Source: an uncultured Gammaproteobacteria bacterium
GTDB lineage: Bacteria; Patescibacteriota; Patescibacteriia; UBA9934; GWF2-40-263
Assembly (NCBI GenBank): GCA_964402425.1
Contig: CAYOCD010000002.1
Coordinates: 27,612-91,611, forward strand
Reading direction: 5' to 3'
Length of the DNA stretch: 64,000 nt
In this document: positions 28,185 to 36,582 of the stretch, one piece after another
How positions within the stretch are numbered: the stretch's first letter is position 1
How the letters are laid out: each line of letters starts with the position of its first letter
Translations under genes and position numbers: made by a program
The notes under the pieces: generated by a model
Databases searched by the model: none
Seen by the model: the letters and a program-made list of their open reading frames with translations, nothing else
What the model was told of the DNA's origin: nothing

Positions 28185-28838
28185 TTGCCTATGAATCGCG
28201 TGGAATTTAAAACGGCGGATGGAATTGAAATTATTGGATCGTTTCGCACACCCGCAACACCAACGCATGCGGCGATTTTATTACACATGATGCCAGCAAC
28301 AAAGGAAAGCTGGGATGCATTTGCAGAACAACTTGAACGGGTGGGTTTCGCATCAATCGCCATCGATGAACGTGGGCATGGAGAAAGCACGATGAACGGA
28401 ACACTCGACTATCAAACATTCGGAGAACATCAACAGCAAGCAAAAATTGAAGATGTTCGAGCGGCGTTTAAATTTCTGGAACAAGAGGGCTTTGCAGAAT
28501 CACAGATCGTTTTGATTGGCGCATCCATTGGTGCGAATCTTGCTATTCAGTTTATGCTGGAACATCCGTTGATAACAACCGCAATTGCACTATCGCCAGG
28601 ATTAAATTATCGCGGAGTGAGAACAGATGAATTTATCCAACAGCTTCACAAAGGTCAGCGCGTCATTTTGGTTGCCTCTGACGATGATGATCGAGATTCT
28701 GCGCAAAGTTGTCGTACACTTCACGCTCTGAATCCTGCGCAGACAGAACTCATAGAAAAACAGGGTCTCGGACATGGAACAACGATGTTTACAAAAGAAC
28801 CAACTCTTATGACAGAGTTGGTTCAACAGTTCCTCTAA
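28185..28838 (+). CDS. alpha/beta hydrolase
   Basis: Nucleophile elbow LIGASIGAN (GxSxG) and HGES; 217 aa. Confidence 0.6.
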   Translation: MPMNRVEFKTADGIEIIGSFRTPATPTHAAILLHMMPATKESWDAFAEQLERVGFASIAIDERGHGESTMNGTLDYQTFGEHQQQAKIEDVRAAFKFLEQEGFAESQIVLIGASIGANLAIQFMLEHPLITTAIALSPGLNYRGVRTDEFIQQLHKGQRVILVASDDDDRDSAQSCRTLHALNPAQTELIEKQGLGHGTTMFTKEPTLMTELVQQFL

Positions 28839-28857
28839 ACGTTTGTTGTACGTTGGA

Positions 28858-29289
28858 TTAACGATGTTCTGTGCGAATCAGATCCCAAAAATCGTAGATG
28901 ATGATTCCAGAGTAGAGCAGAATGGAGAATCCAAGAAAAAGTCCAAAAAATGAAGGGTAGATTAATTGAATGATGAGAATGATTGTTTCAAGCAAAAGCG
29001 CGATGAGAAACATGAAAATCGCGGTCGAGCTTGTTGCGAGCCATTTTCCAAGTTTGTTATCTAGCTGACTTTTTTCGTATGTAAATTCAAAATTGGCAAA
29101 ACAAACCGTGACCAAAAACATACTGATCACCAAGAGAAGATTTCCTGTTTGATCTAAATTTATTTCATCCAAGGATTGTTTGAGGAGAGGATAAAATAAC
29201 AGGGCAAAGAGAATAATCAAGATGTTCTTGTAAATATTTTCTCGAAGATGATGTTTTAGTTTCATACAAAGCAATTCTAGCACACCCAC
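28858..29289 (-). CDS. hypothetical membrane protein
   Basis: Four predicted hydrophobic helices; no motif. Confidence 0.35.
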   Translation of the reverse strand: MGVLELLCMKLKHHLRENIYKNILIILFALLFYPLLKQSLDEINLDQTGNLLLVISMFLVTVCFANFEFTYEKSQLDNKLGKWLATSSTAIFMFLIALLLETIILIIQLIYPSFFGLFLGFSILLYSGIIIYDFWDLIRTEHR

Positions 29290-29342
29290 AGGATTTGTTG
29301 AGACTTGATCGAATGGAGCAAAACTGTTAACCTCGCGTTTCT

Positions 29343-30446
29343 ATGGAGAACAAACCCACAAACAAAGTAGAACGTAAAAAAGTTCTTCTTGGCATGTCTG
29401 GTGGCGTGGACTCAAGTGTGTCCGCCGTTTTGTTGTTGGAGCAGGGATTCGACGTGATTGGTGCGTTCATGAAGAACTGGTCGGGTGATGTGAATGGACC
29501 GGAAGTGAAAGGAACGGATCGTATTGGGACTTCGTTCGAGGAATGTGGATGGAAAACGGAACGACGTGATGCCATGCGTGTTGCGGCCCAACTCGGCATT
29601 CCATTTCTCACGTTCGATTTTGAGACGGAATATCGCAGAGATGTTGTTGAATACATGTTCCGAGAATTTGAAGCTGGCCGTACGCCAAATCCAGACGTCA
29701 TGTGTAATCGCTACATGAAGTTTGATCTGTTTTTGAAAGAGGCAGATAAGCTTGGATGTGATTACATTGCGACTGGGCATTATGCACGCGTTGATGGGGA
29801 TCGAATCTTGAAAGGTGTTGATCCAAACAAAGATCAAACATATTTTCTCTGGGCGATTGATAAAGCGGTGATTCCTCGCGTTCTATTTCCGATCGGGCAT
29901 CTCGAAAAGCCAGCGGTTCGTGAGATCGCGGCAAAGCACAACCTTGAGGTTGCAACAAAGAAAGATTCAACGGGAATCTGCTTTGTAGGAGAAGTCGACA
30001 TGCGTGAGTTTTTGAAAGCCAGAATGAAAGAGGAGCCGGGAAATGTTGTGACAACGGACAGAAAAGTAATCGGCAAACATATTGGAATCAATTTTTATAC
30101 GATCGGCCAACGTCATGGGCTTGATATTGGGGGTGGAGATCCTTATTATGTTGTTGAAAAACGACGCGAGACAAATGAAATTGTTGTTGGTAGCAACTTT
30201 CATCCCGCACTATTTAAAAATGAACTGACAGCATCGCAATTGAACTGGTTTAAAGAACCTCTGTTTCCAATCGAATGTGAGGCGCGTCTTCGTCACCGCC
30301 AGCCAGTACAGAAGTGTGTTATTTCTCAATTAAACGACGATCAAGTACATGTTGCGTTTATTGAACCACAGCGTGCTGTGACACCAGGCCAATCTATTGT
30401 TTTCTATGTGGGAGACGAGATGATTGGTGGGGGAATCATTGATTAA
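29343..30446 (+). CDS. mnmA: tRNA-specific 2-thiouridylase
   Basis: PP-loop VLLGMSGGVDSSVSA, catalytic Cys region, 367 aa. Confidence 0.85.
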   Translation: MENKPTNKVERKKVLLGMSGGVDSSVSAVLLLEQGFDVIGAFMKNWSGDVNGPEVKGTDRIGTSFEECGWKTERRDAMRVAAQLGIPFLTFDFETEYRRDVVEYMFREFEAGRTPNPDVMCNRYMKFDLFLKEADKLGCDYIATGHYARVDGDRILKGVDPNKDQTYFLWAIDKAVIPRVLFPIGHLEKPAVREIAAKHNLEVATKKDSTGICFVGEVDMREFLKARMKEEPGNVVTTDRKVIGKHIGINFYTIGQRHGLDIGGGDPYYVVEKRRETNEIVVGSNFHPALFKNELTASQLNWFKEPLFPIECEARLRHRQPVQKCVISQLNDDQVHVAFIEPQRAVTPGQSIVFYVGDEMIGGGIID

Positions 30447-30479
30447 AAAACCACTTACGAGACGTAAGTGGTTTTTTTA
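30447..30479. terminator. bidirectional rho-independent terminator
   Basis: aaccacttacg-aga-cgtaagtggtt hairpin flanked by an A-run and a T-run. Confidence 0.6.
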
Positions 30480-31061
30480 TTTCTGTGCCGCCCACGCATA
30501 AAATTCTTTGCGGGTATCCGTCTTTTCATCAAACGAGATATTCTCGACAATTGGCGGATTTATGTCTTGAATTGTTATTGGGTTCGTAAGCTCGAATGTT
30601 TGATTGAGAAGGGGAATGGTTGTTTTGACAGATCCGGATAAGGGAATAACGCTCGTCTGTTGTTTGAAATCATACCCAATGAACGTTGCGTTTGATTTGT
30701 TCAATAGCGTTTGTGCAGTTGGGGTGTCGACTCTGAGTGTGGATTCAGTATCTGTAACACGTGTCAGAATGCGTCCGTGTCCGAATTTGAGGCGCAGGTC
30801 GTTTTGAACAAGAGATTTAAGCTCAAGATTTGTGTTTTCATCGAGCGTGACTGTTCCGATGGAATCAATGGAGATTTCCACAAATTCTCCTTTTATTGTT
30901 TGAACGGTTTCTCCTTGTTTAAATTCGTGACCAATTACATATGTTAAACCTGTATCACGAAGGACTGTGACGGGAACTTTTGGACGGACATCAAATCGAT
31001 TCAAGACAAGAAGTCCGAAGACAGAAAGGATAAACACGACTGGGAGAATCATTTTTTGCAT
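30477..31061 (-). CDS. hypothetical signal-anchored protein
   Basis: N-terminal TM ILPVVFILSVFGLLVL, beta-rich remainder; no motif. Confidence 0.4.
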   Translation of the reverse strand: MQKMILPVVFILSVFGLLVLNRFDVRPKVPVTVLRDTGLTYVIGHEFKQGETVQTIKGEFVEISIDSIGTVTLDENTNLELKSLVQNDLRLKFGHGRILTRVTDTESTLRVDTPTAQTLLNKSNATFIGYDFKQQTSVIPLSGSVKTTIPLLNQTFELTNPITIQDINPPIVENISFDEKTDTRKEFYAWAAQK

Positions 31062-31077
31062 GTTAGAATCAGTGTAT

Positions 31078-31332
31078 ATGAAATACTTCTTTTACGGAAC
31101 GGAGTGTCCGCACTGTCATACTATGTTGCCAATTGTTGAAAAACTCAACAAAGAGGGGGCAGAGATTGAAATTCTGGAAACGTGGCACAATGCGGAGAAT
31201 GCAAAAAAACTTGAGACGTTTGATACGGGTTTGTGTGGGGGTGTTCCGTTTTTTTATAACGTAGAGACCAAAAAGTTTTTGTGTGGTGAGGCCACAAAAG
31301 AAGAAGTGCAAAAGTGGTCAGATGGTAAATAG
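31078..31332 (+). CDS. thioredoxin-fold protein (glutaredoxin-like, CPHC active site)
   Basis: ORF 30967..31332. Conserved fold from MKYFFYGTECPHCHTMLPIV with CxxC and GGVPFF; the start is placed at ATG 31078, which avoids overlap with the upstream convergent gene. Confidence 0.55.
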   Translation: MKYFFYGTECPHCHTMLPIVEKLNKEGAEIEILETWHNAENAKKLETFDTGLCGGVPFFYNVETKKFLCGEATKEEVQKWSDGK

Positions 31333-31343
31333 TTCAAAACAAA

Positions 31344-31367
31344 AAACTCGAAGATCGAGTTTTTTTG
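31344..31367. terminator. bidirectional terminator between the thioredoxin-like gene and era
   Basis: actcga-aga-tcgagt hairpin with an A-run upstream and tttttt downstream. Confidence 0.55.
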
Positions 31368-31372
31368 TTTGC

Positions 31373-32269
31373 CTAAATTTCAAAACGCAACATCCAGTGT
31401 GGGTTCGTTTCAACTTGTAAGTCAAGATAAATTTTCTTTCCCATGACAGATTCAAGTTCTTTTCGCGTAGATTGCCCGATTTCACGGATTCCTCTTCCAC
31501 CCTGTCCGATAATCATTCGTTTGTAGCGATCTTCTGTTGTGAAGATGGTTGCTGCAATATACATCACGTTATTTTCACGTTCCTCCATGGCTGTGACTTC
31601 AACATGAATGGTGTATGGAACTTCTTGACGTAGACGGAGATAGAGTTTTTCACGAATCAACTCGGAAACCCAGACGTTGTTCGCCATGTTTGTAATCTGA
31701 TACGCTGGATAGAATTGTTCTCCTTCTGGCAAAATTTCGAAAAGTTTGTCGATAAGTGGTTTGATGTGTGCACTTTCTTTTGCAGATACTTCAAATGTGT
31801 GATCAAATTTGTCGGAAAGGTCGCGATAAAAATCAAGATAAGGCTTGTTGTTGTCATCCATCTTGTTAATAACCATGATTTTTGGTTTGTCGATCTGTTC
31901 CACCATGCGCAACATGGATTTTTCTTCATCTCCAATCACTCGTGTTGGGTCGGCTACATACATGAGAATATCAACATCCGAGAGCGCATTCTTAAGTGAT
32001 TCTGTGAGTGCTTTCGAAAGGGCGTCTTTTGCCCCTTTCAACATTCCTGGCGTATCAACGAACACAATCTGACCTTCATCGCGTGTAAGAATTCCATGAA
32101 TTGGCAAACGTGTTGTTTGTGGCTTTGGGGAAGTGATCGCAACTTTTGAACCAACGAGCGCGTTCATGAGTGTGGATTTTCCAACGTTTGAGCGTCCAAC
32201 GATTACAACGAAACCAGCTTTTGTAATAGGTTTTTCAACTTCTGTTTCTGAGGTAGGGGAGATTGTCAT
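31373..32269 (-). CDS. era: GTPase Era
   Basis: G1 GRSNVGKSTLMNAL, G3 DTPG, G4 NKMD, C-terminal KH domain. Confidence 0.85.
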   Translation of the reverse strand: MTISPTSETEVEKPITKAGFVVIVGRSNVGKSTLMNALVGSKVAITSPKPQTTRLPIHGILTRDEGQIVFVDTPGMLKGAKDALSKALTESLKNALSDVDILMYVADPTRVIGDEEKSMLRMVEQIDKPKIMVINKMDDNNKPYLDFYRDLSDKFDHTFEVSAKESAHIKPLIDKLFEILPEGEQFYPAYQITNMANNVWVSELIREKLYLRLRQEVPYTIHVEVTAMEERENNVMYIAATIFTTEDRYKRMIIGQGGRGIREIGQSTRKELESVMGKKIYLDLQVETNPHWMLRFEI

Positions 32270-32280
32270 AGAATAAAATT

Positions 32281-33417
32281 CTAAAATGATTTAAGTTCGA
32301 GTTTAGTTATGAGTTCAACGTGTGGCGTGTGAGGGAACATGTCGATTGCTTTCATGGCGGTCACGTTGTAGATCTCTTGCAATTGAACCATTTCACGCGC
32401 AAAATTTTTTGGATTGCAGGAAACGTAGATGATGGTCTTTGGTTTATGTTTGATGATGTCCGCAAGTGCACGATCATGCATTCCGGAGCGCGGTGGATCG
32501 AGAATAACGACATCTGCATTATGTTTCGACCAATCGTAATCTTCTGTTGGTGCGGCGAAGAATTCTGGCGAGACGTTGTTGAGTGTCGCGTTTATCTTTG
32601 CGTCTTCGATTGCCTCGGCATTCAGTTCGACTCCGATCATGGTTTGGGCTGAACTTGCAAGGGTAATAGAGAAGAATCCAGTTCCGCAATACAGATCGAG
32701 TACACGTTTATCTGAAAGATCCCCACAAAATTCTTTGACAGTGTCGAGAAGAAGATGTGATGCGAATGAATTTGTTTGAAAGAAAGCATTTGGGCTGATG
32801 CGGTATGTTTTGTTTAAGATCATTTCTTCGATATAGCCTGGCCCAGAGATATTTGTAAGTTCTGTCCCAAACGACGTGTCCGAGTCTGTGGCGTTAATGG
32901 ACCAGACGAGTGTTGAGGGGTTTGTAAGTTCTGCTAGAGCAGAAAGACCTGAAAGGATGAGGGAACGTTCAGCTTCATCAGCTGGCGCACTCGTTACAAG
33001 CACAATCATAGTTTGCCCTGTTCGTGTGGCGCGGATTGTTGCGTAGCGCAAGAGTCCTGTGTGCGCGCGACGGTCGTAAAACGAGAGCCCGCACGTCTTT
33101 GCCCATTCGCGAACGGGAACAAAGAGGGTATCGATCTGTTCGTCTGCAAGAAAACAGGTATGATTATCAAGAACTTTCCACCACTTATCTTTTTGACGCA
33201 TGCCGACTCGACCCTCAAAATCGATCACAAAGTCCATTCGATTGCGATAATGTTCGAGTTTTGGACTTGGAAGGATCTCTTCACACTTCAAAGAAAGGTC
33301 TTTGAGCTTGAAAGAACCGTTAATATCCGATACTTTCTGTATCAGTTGTTTCTCATACGGAATGTGCGACCAGGAGCATGAACCACATAATTCTTTGTTT
33401 GGGCAGAGATTCGACAT
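32281..33417 (-). CDS. 23S rRNA (uracil-5-)-methyltransferase, RlmD/RumA family
   Basis: ORF 32281..33495. N-terminal Cys cluster CPNKELCGSCSW, SAM motif VLDLYCGTGFFSI, DVVILDPPRSG, and the C-terminal nucleophile region CNPKNFAREM. Start placed at Met 33417. Confidence 0.7.
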   Translation of the reverse strand: MSNLCPNKELCGSCSWSHIPYEKQLIQKVSDINGSFKLKDLSLKCEEILPSPKLEHYRNRMDFVIDFEGRVGMRQKDKWWKVLDNHTCFLADEQIDTLFVPVREWAKTCGLSFYDRRAHTGLLRYATIRATRTGQTMIVLVTSAPADEAERSLILSGLSALAELTNPSTLVWSINATDSDTSFGTELTNISGPGYIEEMILNKTYRISPNAFFQTNSFASHLLLDTVKEFCGDLSDKRVLDLYCGTGFFSITLASSAQTMIGVELNAEAIEDAKINATLNNVSPEFFAAPTEDYDWSKHNADVVILDPPRSGMHDRALADIIKHKPKTIIYVSCNPKNFAREMVQLQEIYNVTAMKAIDMFPHTPHVELITKLELKSF

Positions 33418-33472
33418 ATCGGGCGAAGAATACCCGAAAATCGTTTTTATTTCAAGAGTTAGCGCAAAAACT

Positions 33473-33925
33473 ATGATTCTTATCGCACACAACATCCGAT
33501 CACTCCATAATGTCGGTGCTTTCTTTCGTACAGCGGATGCGTTTGGGGTCGAAAAGATTTATTTGACAGGGTATACAGGTTGCCCACCCAGAAAAGAAAT
33601 TGCGAAGACGGCACTTGGATCGGAACATCGTATTCCATGGGAGTACCGTGAGGAGCTCGACGCACTTTTGATCGAGTTGCGATCAGAGGGAAAAAAGCTT
33701 GTTGCTCTTGAGATTTCAGATCGTGCGATTCCTGTAAACGCACTTGAGATCCCTGTTGAGAACATTGCCCTTATGGTTGGTAGCGAAGTTGAGGGAATCT
33801 TGCCACACCTTCTTGAGCAGTGTGATGAGATCATTGAGATTCCCATGATTGGGATAAAAAAATCGCTCAACGTCTCTGTTGCAACAGGGATTGCCTTGTT
33901 TGCGATTATGGCAAAAATCCGTTAA
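33473..33925 (+). CDS. SpoU/TrmH family RNA 2'-O-methyltransferase
   Basis: ORF 33302..33925. SPOUT motifs LIAHNIRSLHNVGAFFRTADAFG, ALMVGSEVEGI, IEIPMIGIKKSLNVSVATGIALF; start at ATG 33473. Confidence 0.65.
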   Translation: MILIAHNIRSLHNVGAFFRTADAFGVEKIYLTGYTGCPPRKEIAKTALGSEHRIPWEYREELDALLIELRSEGKKLVALEISDRAIPVNALEIPVENIALMVGSEVEGILPHLLEQCDEIIEIPMIGIKKSLNVSVATGIALFAIMAKIR

Positions 33926-33936
33926 ACTGATTCTGT

Positions 33937-34671
33937 ATGTTATCGATTGTCATTCCGACAAAAAATGAAGAAGAACACCTCCCAAAATTATTAGAATCCA
34001 TCAAATTACAAACCGTTCAACCTCAAGAAATTATCGTTGCAGATGCGCATTCAACAGATAAAACAAGAGAAATTGCAAAATCATTTGGAGCAAAAGTGAT
34101 TGATGGCGGTATGCCATCGGTCGGAAGAAATCTTGGAGCAAAACATGTTGCGACAGATTTGATTTTGTTTTTGGATGCAGATGTTGAATTACGCGATCCA
34201 ACATTTTTGGAAAAATCAATTAGAGAATTTCAAGATCGTTGCCTCGGTCTTGCAACATGCGATGTTTTTCCATTGTCAGATGCGTATATCGATCACTTTC
34301 TCCACAAAGCGTACAATAAATATGTTCGCGCCTGGGGATCTCTTTTTCCACACGCACCTGGGTTTTGCATGCTTGTAAGAAGGGAGGGGCACAATAAAAT
34401 TCGTGGTTTTGATGAATCAATTGTGTTTTGTGAAGATCATGATTATGCACGACGATTTAAGCGTGTTGGCAGATTTGGTTTTTTAAGATCTACAAAAATT
34501 CCGGTGAGCATCAGGCGTCTTGATCGTGATGGTCGTTTGAAAATAGCAATCAAATACTTACTTGCAGAATTACATCTCGCATTTGTTGGACCTATCAGAT
34601 CAAATACGTTCAACTACACATTTGGGCACAGTAAAAAGTTAAAATCAAAGACTGAAAAAAACAAAAGGTAA
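33937..34671 (+). CDS. glycosyltransferase family 2
   Basis: LSIVIPTKNEEEHL, DAHSTD, FLDADVEL (DxD). Confidence 0.7.
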   Translation: MLSIVIPTKNEEEHLPKLLESIKLQTVQPQEIIVADAHSTDKTREIAKSFGAKVIDGGMPSVGRNLGAKHVATDLILFLDADVELRDPTFLEKSIREFQDRCLGLATCDVFPLSDAYIDHFLHKAYNKYVRAWGSLFPHAPGFCMLVRREGHNKIRGFDESIVFCEDHDYARRFKRVGRFGFLRSTKIPVSIRRLDRDGRLKIAIKYLLAELHLAFVGPIRSNTFNYTFGHSKKLKSKTEKNKR

Positions 34672-34673
34672 CT

Positions 34674-35240
34674 ATGCTCCTTTTTCCGCTCGTTATTCAA
34701 CATCGTCATGTGCATTTGTCGAAGATTGACCTTCGACAATTATTTGGTGATGAAAAATCGTTAGAGATTGAATTTGAATTAGAGCAGAAAGGACAATTTC
34801 TCTACAAAGAAACCGTGAATGTGGAGGGTAAAACAGGCGTGATTGAATCGGTGCGTGTTTTGGGTCCGTGTCGTAGCAAAACACAGGTCGAACTTTCTGT
34901 CACTGATGCATTCGCTATTGGCTTAAAGGCGCCGGCTCGCTTGTCTGGAGATACGCTTCGGGCCGCATCATGTAAACTCGTTGGTCCAGAAGGTTCTGTT
35001 CGAGCTGTGGCTTCTGTTATTGTTCCAGTTCGTCATTTGCACTGTTCAGATCGGGTTGCAAAAAAACTTCACTTGAAAAACCATCGCGTGGTAACATTAA
35101 GGCACGCAGAGAAGCCAGACGTTGTTTTAACACATGTGTTTGTTCGTGTTCATCCAACGTTTGCTCCTGAATTACATCTTACATCTGATGAAGCTGCACA
35201 TTACTGGCTTCATTCCGGTGATTTATTTGAAGTATGTTGA
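34674..35240 (+). CDS. PduL-like phosphate acyltransferase family protein (PF06130-like)
   Basis: Duplicated RHxH-type motifs (IQHRHVHLS and VPVRHLHCS), characteristic of the two-repeat PduL fold. It starts 3 nt after the GT2 gene and overlaps the next gene. Confidence 0.45.
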   Translation: MLLFPLVIQHRHVHLSKIDLRQLFGDEKSLEIEFELEQKGQFLYKETVNVEGKTGVIESVRVLGPCRSKTQVELSVTDAFAIGLKAPARLSGDTLRAASCKLVGPEGSVRAVASVIVPVRHLHCSDRVAKKLHLKNHRVVTLRHAEKPDVVLTHVFVRVHPTFAPELHLTSDEAAHYWLHSGDLFEVC

Positions 35241-36508
35241 AACGTTTTTCGTTCACCGCCATCTTTGCATTCGTTGTTTTTTTAGTTCCGACGTTTGCGT
35301 ATGCAGCAACAGCTGATCTCAAAGTAAGTGCTACGGATATTCGTTTTTCAAAGTCTACGTTAATTGTAGGTGATGCAATACGTGTTTATACAAAAGTTCA
35401 AAACATTGGAACGGTTGATATTGTTGGATATGTAACTTTTTACCAAGGGAGTTCGGTTATTGCAGAGCCGCAAGTGATTTCTGTGGTCGCAGGAAGTGAT
35501 CCGGAAGAAGCGTTTGTTGACTTTGTTGTTCCTGATGGGCCGTTTAATCTCAGAACTGTTATTAGCGGCACAAAACCAGCAGATGAGAACTTAGATAATA
35601 ATGTTGCTATCACTGGAATTTACACCCCTATTCCAGACAAGGATCGAGATGGAATCAAGGATGATTCTGATAATTGTCCAACGATTACAAACCCAAGCCA
35701 ATCAGATTTGGATAAAGATAGTGTTGGTGATGCGTGTGATGATGATATCGATGGCGACGGTCTGACAAACGGTGTAGAAGCAGAACAGGGGACGAATGCA
35801 CAAGCAAAAGATACGGACGGAGATGGAGTCAGTGATGCCCAAGATGTTTACCCACTTGATCCAAAACGTTCCGTATTAGAAAAACCTGTTCCGCCAAAAA
35901 TTGTAGAAAAACAGGTGATGCCAAAACCAGAAATACAAAACACAAAGGTATTGAGTGTGAATACAAAATCTGAAACAGTTTCTAATACGTCTGTTTCAAA
36001 TACAGTTTCACCTTCACTTATTGCCACACCCACACCGTCATTAGACACAGCAGAAGTCGTTTCGATGGAGTCACTGAAAGGGGGTGTATCTCCAAATGCG
36101 GTGTTTTCTTATGAAAAAAGTTCTTGGAACACATTTGTTTTTCGTTTAGTTGCACCTGTCCAGGATCGTTTCGTTTATGAATGGAATTTTGGAGATGGTG
36201 TTCATTCAAGCAAATCAGATGTTACACATACGTATGCACAAGCTGGATCATATTTAGTAACACTCAAAACAACAGATGAAGCAGGGGTTGTTTCAGAAGA
36301 ATCCGCAGAAGTGCATGTCGCGTTTTTTACGTTTTCAAATCCGTTGATTATCGCCTTGCTTACACTGCTCGGAATTGTATTTGTTGGAATTTGTGTGGCA
36401 TTGTTTAAGCTGAAAACAACAAAACGACCAAGAAAAAAAGGGGTCGTAAGTGAATCAGAGACGTCAGAAGAGCAAACGTTAAAACAAATTTTTGTCAAAG
36501 AAGAGTAG
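35234..36508 (+). CDS. cell-surface protein: signal peptide, CARDB-like domain, thrombospondin type-3 Ca-binding repeats, PKD domain, C-terminal TM anchor
   Basis: Signal peptide FAFVVFLVPTFAYAA. TSP3 repeats DKDRDGIKDDSDNCPTITNPSQSDLDKDSVGDACDDDIDGDG. PKD signature YEWNFGDGVHSS...HTYAQAGSYLVTLKTTD. TM IIALLTLLGIVFVGICVALF plus a basic tail. Confidence 0.65.
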   Translation: MLKRFSFTAIFAFVVFLVPTFAYAATADLKVSATDIRFSKSTLIVGDAIRVYTKVQNIGTVDIVGYVTFYQGSSVIAEPQVISVVAGSDPEEAFVDFVVPDGPFNLRTVISGTKPADENLDNNVAITGIYTPIPDKDRDGIKDDSDNCPTITNPSQSDLDKDSVGDACDDDIDGDGLTNGVEAEQGTNAQAKDTDGDGVSDAQDVYPLDPKRSVLEKPVPPKIVEKQVMPKPEIQNTKVLSVNTKSETVSNTSVSNTVSPSLIATPTPSLDTAEVVSMESLKGGVSPNAVFSYEKSSWNTFVFRLVAPVQDRFVYEWNFGDGVHSSKSDVTHTYAQAGSYLVTLKTTDEAGVVSEESAEVHVAFFTFSNPLIIALLTLLGIVFVGICVALFKLKTTKRPRKKGVVSESETSEEQTLKQIFVKEE

Positions 36509-36543
36509 GGAAGGGTAAGTTTCGTGTTTGGGCTTAAAATTTT

Positions 36544-36573
36544 TTGACTTTACGACTTTCTTTTCGGTACAAT
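36544..36573 (+). promoter_or_regulatory. sigma70-like promoter for alaS
   Basis: TTGACT, 17-nt spacer, (G)TACAAT; the ATG is 9 nt downstream, giving a near-leaderless transcript. Confidence 0.35.
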
Positions 36574-36582
36574 CGATCCACT

